In this document: positions 8,410-18,267 of the stretch, piece by piece
How positions within the stretch are numbered: position 1 is the first letter of the stretch
How the letters are laid out: the number at the start of each line of letters is the position of its first letter
Assembly (NCBI GenBank): GCA_001800245.1
Contig: MGVA01000043.1
Coordinates: forward strand, 93,098-157,097
Length of the DNA: 64,000 nt
DNA from: Elusimicrobia bacterium RIFOXYA12_FULL_51_18
GTDB taxonomy: Bacteria > Elusimicrobiota > Elusimicrobia > Elusimicrobiales > UBA9959
Direction of reading: 5' to 3'
The notes under the pieces: model-generated
What the model was told of the DNA's origin: nothing
The model's database searches: none
Seen by the model: only the letters and a program-made list of their open reading frames with translations
Made by a program: the position numbers and the translations under genes

Positions 8410-9648
8410 ATGAAAAAAATAAAGACTTTGCAGTGCATTAATTGCGGCCGCGATCATAAATTAGCTGAAGTGAAATATACCTGCGCTTCGTGCGGGGGGA
8501 ACCTTCAGGTCATCTACGACTACAATCTGATAAAAAAACGTCTTAACTACGAAGTCCTCAAGGATAATCACGACAGGACCCTCTGGCGGTACATGGATAT
8601 CCTGCCGCTGGCCGGTTTTAAGATGATCCCGCCGGTACAGGTGGGCTGGACGCCGCTTTACAAGGCCGAAAGGCTCGGCGCCGGAGCCGGAGTGCCGAAT
8701 CTTTACATAAAGGACGATGGCCGCAATCCCAGCGCGTCTTTCAAGGACCGGGCCAGCGCCGTGGTGATCGCGAGGGCGCGGGAGCTCAAGGAAAAAGTCA
8801 TAACATGCGCTTCCACCGGCAATGCGGCGTCATCCCTGGCCTGTCTGACCGGCAGTCTGGATATGAAGACGGTCATCTTTGTTCCGGAAACCGCGCCCGC
8901 GCCTAAAGTGGCGCAACTGCTGGTGTTCGGCGCCGTGGTTATTATGGTGAAGGGAACTTATGACGACGCTTTTGACCTTTGTCTCAAAGCCTCGGCGGAA
9001 TACGGCTGGTACAACCGCAGTACGGGTATAAATCCTTTTACCCGCGAAGGGAAAAAGACCTGCGCTTTTGAGATCTGCGAGCAGATGAAGTGGGAGACCC
9101 CGGACAAGGTGTTCGTGTCTGTGGGCGACGGTAATATTATAAGCGGCATGTGGAAAGGCTTCGTGGAATTCCACCGGCTTGGTATTATAGAAAAATTGCC
9201 CCAGCTTATAGCCGTTCAGGCCGAAAAATCGGACGCCGTAAAAAGGGCTTTTGAAGCCGGGGGAGACATACAGCCGGTGTCCGGGGAAACTATCGCCGAC
9301 AGTATATCGGTAAGCCTACCCAGAGACGGCATGGCCGCCGTAATGGCTATAAGGGATTCCCAGGGTTTCGCCGTTTCTGTTTCCGACACGGAGATCCTTT
9401 CCGCCATCCCGGAAATTGCCCGCGGGTCCAATGTTTTTGCCGAGCCGGCCGCGGCCGCCACATATGCCGGTTTAAGAAAAGCGGTTAAAGAAGGCAGGGT
9501 TAAAGATAATGAATCGGTGGTTCTTTTGATAAGCGGCAACGGGTTGAAAGATGTGCAGAGCGCCGTTAAGGCCTGCGGCCAGCCGTTCCATATTAATCCC
9601 AGAATGGAAGAGCTGAAAAAGCTGGTATTGGACAATAAACTGCCATAG
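8410..9648 (+). CDS. threonine synthase-like PLP-dependent (fold type II) enzyme with N-terminal zinc ribbon
   Basis: 'CINCG...CASCGG' four-Cys ribbon; PLP-lysine motif 'SFKDRAS'; 'CASTGNAA'; 412 aa. Confidence 0.7.
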   Translation: MKKIKTLQCINCGRDHKLAEVKYTCASCGGNLQVIYDYNLIKKRLNYEVLKDNHDRTLWRYMDILPLAGFKMIPPVQVGWTPLYKAERLGAGAGVPNLYIKDDGRNPSASFKDRASAVVIARARELKEKVITCASTGNAASSLACLTGSLDMKTVIFVPETAPAPKVAQLLVFGAVVIMVKGTYDDAFDLCLKASAEYGWYNRSTGINPFTREGKKTCAFEICEQMKWETPDKVFVSVGDGNIISGMWKGFVEFHRLGIIEKLPQLIAVQAEKSDAVKRAFEAGGDIQPVSGETIADSISVSLPRDGMAAVMAIRDSQGFAVSVSDTEILSAIPEIARGSNVFAEPAAAATYAGLRKAVKEGRVKDNESVVLLISGNGLKDVQSAVKACGQPFHINPRMEELKKLVLDNKLP

Positions 9649-9692
9649 GTTCATATCCTCCGGCCATAAAACTGATAGTGAATTTTTTTAAA

Positions 9693-9725
9693 AGCCCCGC
9701 AGAAGCGGTTTGCGGGGCTTTTTTA
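9693..9725. terminator. bidirectional intrinsic terminator between convergent genes
   Basis: Stem AGCCCCGCA (9693-9701) / TGCGGGGCT (9711-9719), flanked by an A-run upstream and a T-run downstream. Confidence 0.6.
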
Positions 9726-9785
9726 TCGCCTACGCGCGGGTTTTGGCGGTACTGGGAATATATGGTGACAGGCGGGGAATCAGGC

Positions 9786-11348
9786 TTAAAGCGGGAGGGC
9801 TATGGTGAACGCGGAGCCTTTTTGCAGTTGGGATTTGGCGTAGACCTGTCCGTTGTGTACTTCCGCCACTTTCTTGACCAGGGCCAGCCCTAGCCCCCAG
9901 CCTTCCACCTGGCCTGTGAACGAAGCTTCCACCTGATAGAATTTATTGAACACATTGGTCAACTCTTCGCCGGGGATACCGGGGCCGTTATCCCCCACGG
10001 ATAATAAGACTCTTCCGTCTTTTACCTGTGCGGAGAGTATTATAAGCTTGTTTTTGGCCGGATTGAACTTCACCGCGTTATCCAGCAGGCTCTTTAGGGC
10101 GTTCTTGACGAGCGTTTTGTCGGCCTTGAGCGTTATCGGTTCGGGGGCGACCACTTTAAAAGTCAGGCCGTCCATTTCCTTGAATTTATTCTTCACCAGT
10201 TCAACGGTTTCGTTGAAAACAGCGGAAACTTCGAACTCGGTTTTATTGATGGTGGTCTCGTCCAGGCTGTCTATAGTGACGAAATCCAGCAGGCTCCCCA
10301 CCAGATGGGTGAGCTTGCCGCCCTGCGAGAATATGGTTTCGGCCGATTTCTGCACGATCTCCGGCATGTTTTTGGCGGCGGCTTCTTCCTTTAATATTTG
10401 GGCAAAGCCGTTTATTGAGGCCAGCGGCGTTTTGAACTTGTGAGAGATCAGGGACAGGAAATTCCTGGCCATGTACTCTTCCAGCCTCTGGGCCGTTACG
10501 TCCGCGAGGATCCAAAGCCAGCCTTCCACTGTGGAATTGCCCGCCTTGTCTTCCTTGTAAAGTTTTATGGCGGAGCCGTCCAGATAGAATTTCTTGGGTT
10601 TCTCGCGCATGATCTCGAAACGGACGATGGGCGATTCTGACTTGATGATCTGTTCGAAAGGCGGTTTAACTGAAAAATTGCTCAGGGCCTGGCTGATGCC
10701 GGTGAATTTGTACTTCTCGTATTCAAGGTAAAGTTTGGCGGAATGATTGAGGATAATTATCTCCCCGTCGGGAGTTGTGAGTACGGCGCCCTCGTTGACG
10801 CGTTTGAAAACGATCTCGAGTTTTCGTTTTTCTTCTTTTACGGAGGAAAAGAGCCGGGAATTTTCTATGGCGATGGCGGCCTGAGAGGCGAACGCCTCAA
10901 AATTGTTTTTGTCTGACTCCACGAAATCGGAGTCCGTTTTGTTGATGGCCTGGACTACGCCGATCACCTTGCCCTTGATTATCATTGGGCAGGTCAGGAG
11001 CGACTGTGTCACAAAACCGCTTTTATTATCCACTTTTCTGGCGTGGCGCGGATCATTCGCCACGTTGTTGATTATGAGGGAGCGGCCTTCCTTTGCGCAG
11101 GCGCCGGCGATGCCTTCGCCAAGTTTGAAACGCATTTTCTGCACGTCCTCCGGAAGGCCCAGCGCCACGTCGAAATATAGTTCCTGAGTCTTTTCGTCCA
11201 GGAGGTAAAGCGAAGCCCTTTCGGCGCCGACTACGCGTGAAGCGAGACGCATGATGGTGGTCAAAAGTTCGCCGATATCCAGTTTGGAGGATAAGAGGCG
11301 GGAAACCATTACCAGCATCTCAAGGCTTTCCTGCGACTGCATTATCAT
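9786..11348 (-). CDS. GAF-domain sensor histidine kinase
   Basis: N-terminal GAF-like region; H-box 'LSLISHKFKTPL'; N/G boxes 'DNAVKF', 'DNGPGI', 'GWGLGL'. Confidence 0.8.
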   Translation of the reverse strand: MIMQSQESLEMLVMVSRLLSSKLDIGELLTTIMRLASRVVGAERASLYLLDEKTQELYFDVALGLPEDVQKMRFKLGEGIAGACAKEGRSLIINNVANDPRHARKVDNKSGFVTQSLLTCPMIIKGKVIGVVQAINKTDSDFVESDKNNFEAFASQAAIAIENSRLFSSVKEEKRKLEIVFKRVNEGAVLTTPDGEIIILNHSAKLYLEYEKYKFTGISQALSNFSVKPPFEQIIKSESPIVRFEIMREKPKKFYLDGSAIKLYKEDKAGNSTVEGWLWILADVTAQRLEEYMARNFLSLISHKFKTPLASINGFAQILKEEAAAKNMPEIVQKSAETIFSQGGKLTHLVGSLLDFVTIDSLDETTINKTEFEVSAVFNETVELVKNKFKEMDGLTFKVVAPEPITLKADKTLVKNALKSLLDNAVKFNPAKNKLIILSAQVKDGRVLLSVGDNGPGIPGEELTNVFNKFYQVEASFTGQVEGWGLGLALVKKVAEVHNGQVYAKSQLQKGSAFTIALPL

Positions 11349-11370
11349 ATATGTCCGGGTCCCTTAGCGC

Positions 11371-12255
11371 TCAAAAATATACCTGAATCAGAAGTTTATA
11401 ATAGTTTTTACCTGGTTCGCCATTGAATTTATAAAAATTGTAGGCGAAATCCAGTGTTGACTTTTCGTAGAGTTTCATCTTTATGCCGCCTAAAAGGGAA
11501 CTGGCGTCATTAGTACCCCTGAAAGATATTCTACTAAATCCGGCGTATAGATAACTATCGAAGTCCGGCGCCATGTTGCGTGCTAACTGCGCGGCTACCA
11601 CCCACTCCGGGAGGGCGGTCACGTGGCGGAAGGTGCCCAGGTAGGCCAGTTCGCCGTGATCCAGGACAGGGCTGACAAGGTTGGAGTTAAAGGCTTTTCC
11701 GGGTTTCTGGAACCCCGCGGCCGAGGCCAGGAAAAAGAACTGGTTGAAGTAGCTTTTTTCCACCTGGACTTCGAACGCGGACTCGGAGAAGGCCGTATCG
11801 GTCAGAACCGTCGCTGACGGGGAGTATGGCTGGCCGGTAAGGTTCAGCGGCGTTTTCTGCCGGGCCGCCGCCGCTGAAAGCATCAGGTGAATATAACTTT
11901 CGTCGCTGCTCTCGCTGACCGGAAACAGGGCGTAAGCCTTGGCGCCGCGCGCGCTAGATCCCGTTCCGGAAGCCTCAGGGTACAGAAATGGCTTAAATGA
12001 GAGGGCGAGATTGTTCACGGAGTACATAACCGGCGTGCGGAAGGCGTATACCTTGCCGCCATAAAAGCCGTTGTCCTTATAGAAAGACGCGTTTACGCCG
12101 CCAACTATACGGGGTGACAATTTGGAAAAAAGCGTCAGTGATTCCTTCTGAAACTTATTGGAGCCTATGGAGTAATCGTTCTCCATCCACCAGTCCGCCT
12201 GGGACGCGGCCGGCAGCCAGAGCAACACCGCAAGCGCGAGAATAATCTTCGCCAT
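11371..12255 (-). CDS. outer-membrane beta-barrel protein (hypothetical)
   Basis: Signal peptide 'MAKIILALAVLLWLPAASQA'; alternating-polarity strands; C-terminal aromatic 'LIQVYF'. Confidence 0.5.
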   Translation of the reverse strand: MAKIILALAVLLWLPAASQADWWMENDYSIGSNKFQKESLTLFSKLSPRIVGGVNASFYKDNGFYGGKVYAFRTPVMYSVNNLALSFKPFLYPEASGTGSSARGAKAYALFPVSESSDESYIHLMLSAAAARQKTPLNLTGQPYSPSATVLTDTAFSESAFEVQVEKSYFNQFFFLASAAGFQKPGKAFNSNLVSPVLDHGELAYLGTFRHVTALPEWVVAAQLARNMAPDFDSYLYAGFSRISFRGTNDASSLLGGIKMKLYEKSTLDFAYNFYKFNGEPGKNYYKLLIQVYF

Positions 12256-12510
12256 ATATTTCAGATTATATTATATATCTTCCGCCTTTGTGTATGGAAG
12301 GATCGGGAGAGGCGTGGATAAAAAACATCCGCCGCGCAATAGAGGGTTTGACCGGCCCTGGTTCACTTCTAACAAACGTGGTTGAAAATCTGATCGGAAT
12401 AGAAGCGCGTTCAAAGTGCTGAAGGGCCCAGTAAATAAGAGGCCTTATGGCCTTGAAGTTGACGGGCGAGTCGTATACACTGTCTTAAGGCAAAGTTTAC
12501 AGGAGGTACG

Positions 12511-13890
12511 ATGAAAGTATTATCCGCAGTGATAACCGCGGCTTTTGCCGCGACAATGTGGGCCGGCAATGCCCTGGCGCAGTTCGATTTTAATACGGGA
12601 GGCTCTATCTACGACATGATGTCCGCTGGCGCAGTGCCGCTTCCCGCAGGCCCTGCCGTTGCCGCCGCTAAGGACGGGACGGGCGCGGCCGCCGTAAAAA
12701 AATGGACCGTTATGGTTTTTATAAACGGCAAGAACAATCTGGAAATAGCCGGGTTATACAATGTCAATCAGATGGAAAAGGTCGGTTCCACCAAAAACAT
12801 GAACGTGGTGGTGGAAATGGGCCGCATGGCCGGGCAGACCGCGGCTGGCATGGACGGAGGCTGGACCGGATCGAAGAGGTTTTTTATCCAGAAAGACACG
12901 GATACCGAGAAGATAAATTCCCCGGTGGTGATGACCACCGAGAACGTGGACATGGGAGATTATAAGAGGGTGGTTGATTTCGTTGCCTGGGCGAAAACAA
13001 ATTATCCCGCCAAGCGCTATATGCTTATAATCTGGAACCATGGTTCCGGCTGGATGGATCCCAAGGGTTCTCCGAAGGGGATTTCTTTCGATGATGAAAC
13101 CGGCAACTATATAAGGACTCCCCAGATCGGTCTTATCCTTAAAGAAGCCGGCAAGGTGGACATCCTGGCGTTTGATGCCTGCCTCATGCAGATGGGCGAA
13201 GTGGCCTATGAGGTTAAGGACAACGCGGAGGTAGTGGTCGGTTCCGAAGAAACCGTCCCCGGCATGGGCTATCCTTACAACCTGTTCCTCGGCGCCATGG
13301 CCAGGAAGCCGAACCTGACCACTGAAGAAACGGGGGCCGTGATGGTGGAATCTTTTAAAAAGTTCTACGACGCGGTCAAACGGGGCGCACAGCTGTCCGC
13401 TATCCGCACCTCCAAGCTGGACGGCCTGGCGGTCCGCATCTCCGAATTCGCCAAGCTGGCTGAAGTCGTGGCCGATACCGAGTCCCTCAAAGCCGCTCGT
13501 GACGGGGTAATACGCTACGACTGCGTCGGGGCGGAATCCGACCCGAACATGACCATTTCTTTTTACGGCGACCTTTCTCAGTTCTCCCGGCTGGTTGCCT
13601 CAAACCTGAAGAAAGACGGTGAGAAGGCCGATGCCCTAAAGGCCGCCGCCGCCGCCTTGCAGGACTATATAGATAAGGAGCTGGTCATAGACAACAAAGC
13701 CTCGCTTAAGAACCGCGTCGGCCGCGAACTCTCCGAAAGCAAGGGCTTTTCAGTCTATCTGCCTCCAGTGGAGACCCGCATCGCGCAGGAAAGACTGGAG
13801 AATATTTTTGAGGGTAAATACACCGACTTCGTCTTCGACAAGGTCTCGGGCTGGCATGACTTCGTTACCTTCTTATACGGTGTGAAATAA
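12511..13890 (+). CDS. clostripain-family (peptidase C11) cysteine protease, secreted
   Basis: Signal peptide; 'WTVMVFINGKNNLE', catalytic-His region 'IIWNHGSGW', catalytic-Cys region 'FDACLMQ'. Confidence 0.75.
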   Translation: MKVLSAVITAAFAATMWAGNALAQFDFNTGGSIYDMMSAGAVPLPAGPAVAAAKDGTGAAAVKKWTVMVFINGKNNLEIAGLYNVNQMEKVGSTKNMNVVVEMGRMAGQTAAGMDGGWTGSKRFFIQKDTDTEKINSPVVMTTENVDMGDYKRVVDFVAWAKTNYPAKRYMLIIWNHGSGWMDPKGSPKGISFDDETGNYIRTPQIGLILKEAGKVDILAFDACLMQMGEVAYEVKDNAEVVVGSEETVPGMGYPYNLFLGAMARKPNLTTEETGAVMVESFKKFYDAVKRGAQLSAIRTSKLDGLAVRISEFAKLAEVVADTESLKAARDGVIRYDCVGAESDPNMTISFYGDLSQFSRLVASNLKKDGEKADALKAAAAALQDYIDKELVIDNKASLKNRVGRELSESKGFSVYLPPVETRIAQERLENIFEGKYTDFVFDKVSGWHDFVTFLYGVK

Positions 13891-13916
13891 ATATTGAAAC
13901 GAGGGGTTTATATAAA

Positions 13917-13950
13917 AGTCCCCCGGTCCTAAGCCGGGGGGCTTTGTTTT
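13917..13950 (+). terminator. intrinsic terminator after the C11 peptidase gene
   Basis: Stem CCCCCGG (13920-13926) / CCGGGGG (13934-13940) followed by TTTGTTTT. Confidence 0.6.
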
Positions 13951-14146
13951 ATGGCGCGCCGGCTGCGGGTACAAGCTGTGCCGCATTCCCCGTTCCCTGT
14001 TCCGTTCCAAAACCGGCCCGGGGCAGGCGCGGGCAGTATTTAAGGGGGTTTCGGGAGGCCTTTTGCGCCTATTATGATACAATTTAAAAATCGCGGCTTC
14101 GTGTCAAAGGCCGATGGGCCATGAATGGTTATTGTGCGGGAACCTT

Positions 14147-15193
14147 ATGAAGATACTCCTCGCTAATTTCGCCGAATGTCCGGAAAACCTGCACTTTGAA
14201 CAGGCTTTAATCCGTGCGTTTAACGGAGAAAAAGGCGCAAGCCTGGACATCGTCCACGATTTCCAGTTCCCTTATTCCTTTATAGAAAAACTGCCCCCTT
14301 CAGGAGGGGGGCGGCGTATAAAGTACTCAGGCTTGCCGGGCTTAAAGCGGGAATTGCGGAGTGGTTACGATATACTGCTGCTCCTGGACTTTCCGAAGAG
14401 AAAAGCCTGCGCCGCGCCCTTTTTATGGCTGCTTAAGGACGCCGCCTGCGTGAAAAAAATTTTCATAGCCAACCACCTGCTGCCGATGCCGGGCCATAAC
14501 CCCACCGCGGATATAGTAAGCAAGCTGGGTCTTTTGAGCGTTCTGGACCTTGCCTGTATATTTGAATTTGACGATCGGAGTTTGTGGTCTGAATTGGGGC
14601 TTCGGTACGGCAGGGCTGTTACGCGAGGCTATGCGGTGGATTGCTTGTATTATACACCTGTAGATGCTCCGTCCGGGGATTACATTTTCACCGCCGGCTC
14701 CGCCGGCCGGGATTTCGCTGGACTTGCCCGGGTCGTTGAAAAAGCGGGGCTAATGCTTAAGATCTTCACGGATCAGCAGGTCGCTTTCAAAGGAGACTTC
14801 CGGACCTCGGTCTCCGTGTTCCCGTTCGCGAAGAATCTGCACAATCTCCGGGAGGCCGTGCGGGAAGCTAAAGCCGTAGTCCTTCCCATAGCCGATAAAC
14901 ACATCAATGAAGCCGCCGGTAATTCCATCGCTTTTATCGCCATGGCCTGCGGCCGGCCCGTGATAACAAGATGGACTCGTTACATGGGCCGCTTTATAGA
15001 GTCCGGCGGCAATGGGTTCTTTTATAAAAGTCTTTCGCAGCTTAGCCTGGCGCGCCAGCTTAAAAGGGCGCTTTCGCTTAACGCCGCGGCTTCGCGCCGC
15101 CTGGCCAAGGCGGCCAGGGCCGTGGTCCTGAAAAAAGCTTCGCTGGACGTATTTGCGGCGCGGTTCGTACGTAAATTTATTTTTAGACGTTAA
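14147..15193 (+). CDS. glycosyltransferase (GT-B, GT1/GT4-like)
   Basis: C-terminal 'NEAAGNSIAFIAMACGRPVI...GGNGFFY' resembles the GT4 nucleotide-sugar-binding region. Start at MKILLANF chosen; an upstream ATG at 14114 is possible. Confidence 0.55.
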   Translation: MKILLANFAECPENLHFEQALIRAFNGEKGASLDIVHDFQFPYSFIEKLPPSGGGRRIKYSGLPGLKRELRSGYDILLLLDFPKRKACAAPFLWLLKDAACVKKIFIANHLLPMPGHNPTADIVSKLGLLSVLDLACIFEFDDRSLWSELGLRYGRAVTRGYAVDCLYYTPVDAPSGDYIFTAGSAGRDFAGLARVVEKAGLMLKIFTDQQVAFKGDFRTSVSVFPFAKNLHNLREAVREAKAVVLPIADKHINEAAGNSIAFIAMACGRPVITRWTRYMGRFIESGGNGFFYKSLSQLSLARQLKRALSLNAAASRRLAKAARAVVLKKASLDVFAARFVRKFIFRR

Positions 15194-15271
15194 TTTGTTA
15201 AAATTACACCGGTGCTTGTGATTCCCTCAGTTCAGCAAACGCTCACCTTGAGATTGATCCGGAGGCAGCTA

Positions 15272-16438
15272 ATGTCTTATTTTATCGGCCGCAATAGAGA
15301 AGCGAGGCAGACCTATGGTTTCGACGAAGTGGCCCTTGTTCCGGGCAACATCGGAGTGGACCCCGACGATACGGATATTTCCTTCAATATCGGCGACATA
15401 CAATTCAAAATGCCCTTCCTCGCCTCCGCCATGGACGGGGTGGTGAACACCAGGTTCGCCGCGGCTATGAATAAACTCGGCGGCCTGGCCGTGTTGAACC
15501 TTGACGGGATCAATACCCGCTACGAAAATCCGGAAGAAGCCGTGGAGATGATAGTTAACTGCGAGCCGGGCAAGACCACGGAAGTTTTTCAGAAGATCTA
15601 CAAAGAACCCGTAAAAACAAAGCTTATCGCCAGGCGTGTTGAGGAAATTAAAAAATCCAAGGTGCCCTGCGCCGTGTCCTGTATTCCGCAAAACGCCGGC
15701 GAGTTCGGTCCTATAGCCAAGGAAGCGGGCGCGGATATTTTCGTGGTTCAGGCCACCGTCATTACCATAAAGTTCGAATCCACCCGGCAGAAGACTCTTG
15801 ATATAGCCAAATTCGTCAAAGAGATGAAGATCCCGGTGGTGGTCGGCAACTGCGTGACCTACCGGGTGGCTCTTGAGCTTATAGATACTGGAGTGTCCGG
15901 CCTGTTGGTGGGGGTCGGCCCTGGAGCCGCCTGCACTACCCGCGGCGTCATCGGCATCGGAGTGCCGCAGGTCACCGCCACCGTGGATTGCGCGGCGGCC
16001 AGGGATTTTCACTACAAAAAGACCGGCAAGTACGTGCCCATCATAACCGACGGCGGCATGCACAACGGCGGCGACGTTTGCAAATCCATCGCTTCCGGCG
16101 CGGACGCGGTTATGATCGGTTCTCCTTTCGCCAAAGCCTCCGAGGCCCCGGGCAAGGGCTATCACTGGGGTATGGCCACGCCGCACGCCAATCTGCCGCG
16201 CGGCACCCGCGTGCATGTGGGCGTGACCGGCTCTATAGAGGAGATACTTTTCGGCCCGGCGCGCGTGGACGACGGCAGTCAGAATCTGGTGGGGGCCCTG
16301 CGCACCTCGATGGGAGCTTTGGGCTGCCACAATATCCGCGAGATGCAGCTGGCCCAGATCATCATCGCCCCATCCATCAAAAGCGAGGGTAAGCTTCTGC
16401 AGAGGGCGCAGACGGTCGGTATGGGGAAAACCAAGTAA
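15272..16438 (+). CDS. IMP dehydrogenase-family protein lacking the CBS (Bateman) insert
   Basis: GGAGG 7 nt upstream of the ATG; 'FDEVALVPG', catalytic loop '[23 protein letters not shown]', '[23 protein letters not shown]'; only 388 aa; directly upstream of guaA. Confidence 0.75.
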   Translation: MSYFIGRNREARQTYGFDEVALVPGNIGVDPDDTDISFNIGDIQFKMPFLASAMDGVVNTRFAAAMNKLGGLAVLNLDGINTRYENPEEAVEMIVNCEPGKTTEVFQKIYKEPVKTKLIARRVEEIKKSKVPCAVSCIPQNAGEFGPIAKEAGADIFVVQATVITIKFESTRQKTLDIAKFVKEMKIPVVVGNCVTYRVALELIDTGVSGLLVGVGPGAACTTRGVIGIGVPQVTATVDCAAARDFHYKKTGKYVPIITDGGMHNGGDVCKSIASGADAVMIGSPFAKASEAPGKGYHWGMATPHANLPRGTRVHVGVTGSIEEILFGPARVDDGSQNLVGALRTSMGALGCHNIREMQLAQIIIAPSIKSEGKLLQRAQTVGMGKTK

Positions 16439-16561
16439 GCCGGATGCCGGCGCGTGCCGGTTTATAAGCGTTTGCGTAATGGAATCAGAGGCTTTCTGCT
16501 TACGCGCTAACAGTCTGCTGATTTCCGTTCGCTACGCGCAAGTTGTTTTAATTCCAACACT

Positions 16562-18094
16562 ATGAACCAAATCCTGATCTTGGATTTCGGCAGCCAGTAC
16601 ACACAACTTATAGCCAGGCGTCTGCGGAGCCTGCGCGTTTATTGCGAGATACTGCCTTTCCATGCGCCGGTGGAGAATATTCTTTCGCGGAATCCTAAAG
16701 GTATAATCCTTTCCGGCGGTCCCTCCAGTGTTTATGATAAAAGCGCCCCTGTTCCCGACCCGGCGATACTCAGCCTGGGAGTTCCGGTTCTGGGGATATG
16801 CTATGGGATGCAGTTTATGGCGCATCTGATGGGCGGGAAAGTCCGCAAGGCGTTGAAACGCGAATATGGGTTTTCCAAGTTGACCGTACGCGGCTCTTCC
16901 GACCTGTTCAGGGGCGTGCCTAAACATATCCGGGTCTGGATGAGCCATGGGGATGAAGTCAAAACCGCGCCTCGCGCCTTCAGGGTTACGGCGGGCACAC
17001 AGGATGTGCCCGTGTCTGCGATGGAGTGCCTGGATCGCGGTCTTTACGCAGTGCAGTTCCATCCGGAGGTGCACCACACGGATCACGGGGTGAAAATACT
17101 GGAGAATTTCGCGCGCCGCATCTGCGGCTACAAAGAATGCTGGACCCCTGCTTCGTTCCTGGATGAGACAATAGCCGGCATAAAAAAGCGGACGGGTAAA
17201 GCGGCGGTTATCTGCGCGCTGTCCGGAGGAGTGGATTCTTCCGTGGCGGCCGTTCTGGCGCACCGGGCCATAGGTAAAAAACTTTACTGTATCTTCGTGG
17301 ACACGGGGCTTCTGCGGATAGGCGATCGCGCCGGTATGAAAGAGACCTTTCAGAAGAAATTTCGCTTTAACCTGAAGATAGTGGATGCCTCAAAAATCTT
17401 CCTGTCCCGGCTGAAGGGAGTTGCTTCTCCCGAAAGGAAAAGGAAGATCATAGGGCATACCTTTATCGAGGTTTTTGAAAGAGAGGCAAAAAAAATAAAC
17501 GGCGCTAAATTTCTTGTTCAGGGTACGCTCTACCCGGACGTGATAGAATCCGTTTCCGTTAAAGGCCCTTCCGCCGTTATCAAAAGCCATCATAATGTGG
17601 GCGGTCTGCCGAAGAAGATGGGGCTGGCGCTGGTGGAGCCGCTGCGCTTTCTTTTTAAGGACGAGGTCCGTGAGCTGGGCCGGGCTTTGAAGATCCCGGA
17701 AGCGGTGCTGATGCGGCACCCTTTCCCCGGCCCCGGCCTGGCCATCAGGGTTCTGGGTGAAGTTACGGACGCGCGGCTGGCTGTTCTAGGCAGGGCCGAT
17801 CTCATCATGCGCGAAGAGATCCTGGCATACGGCTGGTACTCGAAGATCTGGCAGGCTTTTTGCGTGCTGTTGCCTATAAAGACAGTGGGAGTCATGGGCG
17901 ACGAACGTTCCTACGAGAACGTGATCGCGGTGCGGTGTGTGGGCTCGGTGGACGGCATGACCGCCGACTGGTCCAGGCTGCCTTATGAATTGATGCAGAA
18001 GATCTCTTCCCGCATAGTCGGCGAGGTTAAAGGCGTGAACAGGGTTGTGTACGATATTACCTCCAAGCCGCCCGCGACCATAGAGTGGGAGTAA
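16562..18094 (+). CDS. guaA: GMP synthase (glutamine-hydrolysing)
   Basis: GATase 'GICYGMQ', ATP-PPase 'SGGVDSS', C-terminal 'ATIEWE'. Confidence 0.95.
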   Translation: MNQILILDFGSQYTQLIARRLRSLRVYCEILPFHAPVENILSRNPKGIILSGGPSSVYDKSAPVPDPAILSLGVPVLGICYGMQFMAHLMGGKVRKALKREYGFSKLTVRGSSDLFRGVPKHIRVWMSHGDEVKTAPRAFRVTAGTQDVPVSAMECLDRGLYAVQFHPEVHHTDHGVKILENFARRICGYKECWTPASFLDETIAGIKKRTGKAAVICALSGGVDSSVAAVLAHRAIGKKLYCIFVDTGLLRIGDRAGMKETFQKKFRFNLKIVDASKIFLSRLKGVASPERKRKIIGHTFIEVFEREAKKINGAKFLVQGTLYPDVIESVSVKGPSAVIKSHHNVGGLPKKMGLALVEPLRFLFKDEVRELGRALKIPEAVLMRHPFPGPGLAIRVLGEVTDARLAVLGRADLIMREEILAYGWYSKIWQAFCVLLPIKTVGVMGDERSYENVIAVRCVGSVDGMTADWSRLPYELMQKISSRIVGEVKGVNRVVYDITSKPPATIEWE

Positions 18095-18267
18095 TATATG
18101 GGGGGCGGATTTGCTTCTAAGAGGGGCTTTCTCCTCTCGGGAGCGCCCGGCGGGGTAAATAAGCGAAGCGCATGGGCGCAACACGCGAAAGCGTGTGTCG
18201 CATAAATCAGTAATCAAGTTGAGCACGGTATGCGATAAGTGGTTGTGCGACAGAGAAGGAGAAAATA

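Noticed and set aside
18246-18264. 19-nt match 'TGCGACAGAGAAGGAGAAA' versus 47170-47188 (18/19), with a weaker 'GGTGCGACAGG' at 24467, as a shared 5'-UTR regulatory motif
   Set aside because: Most of the match is the purine-rich Shine-Dalgarno region. My rough estimate is that about one 18/19 match is expected by chance in a window this size before allowing for composition, so it is not significant without genome-wide support.
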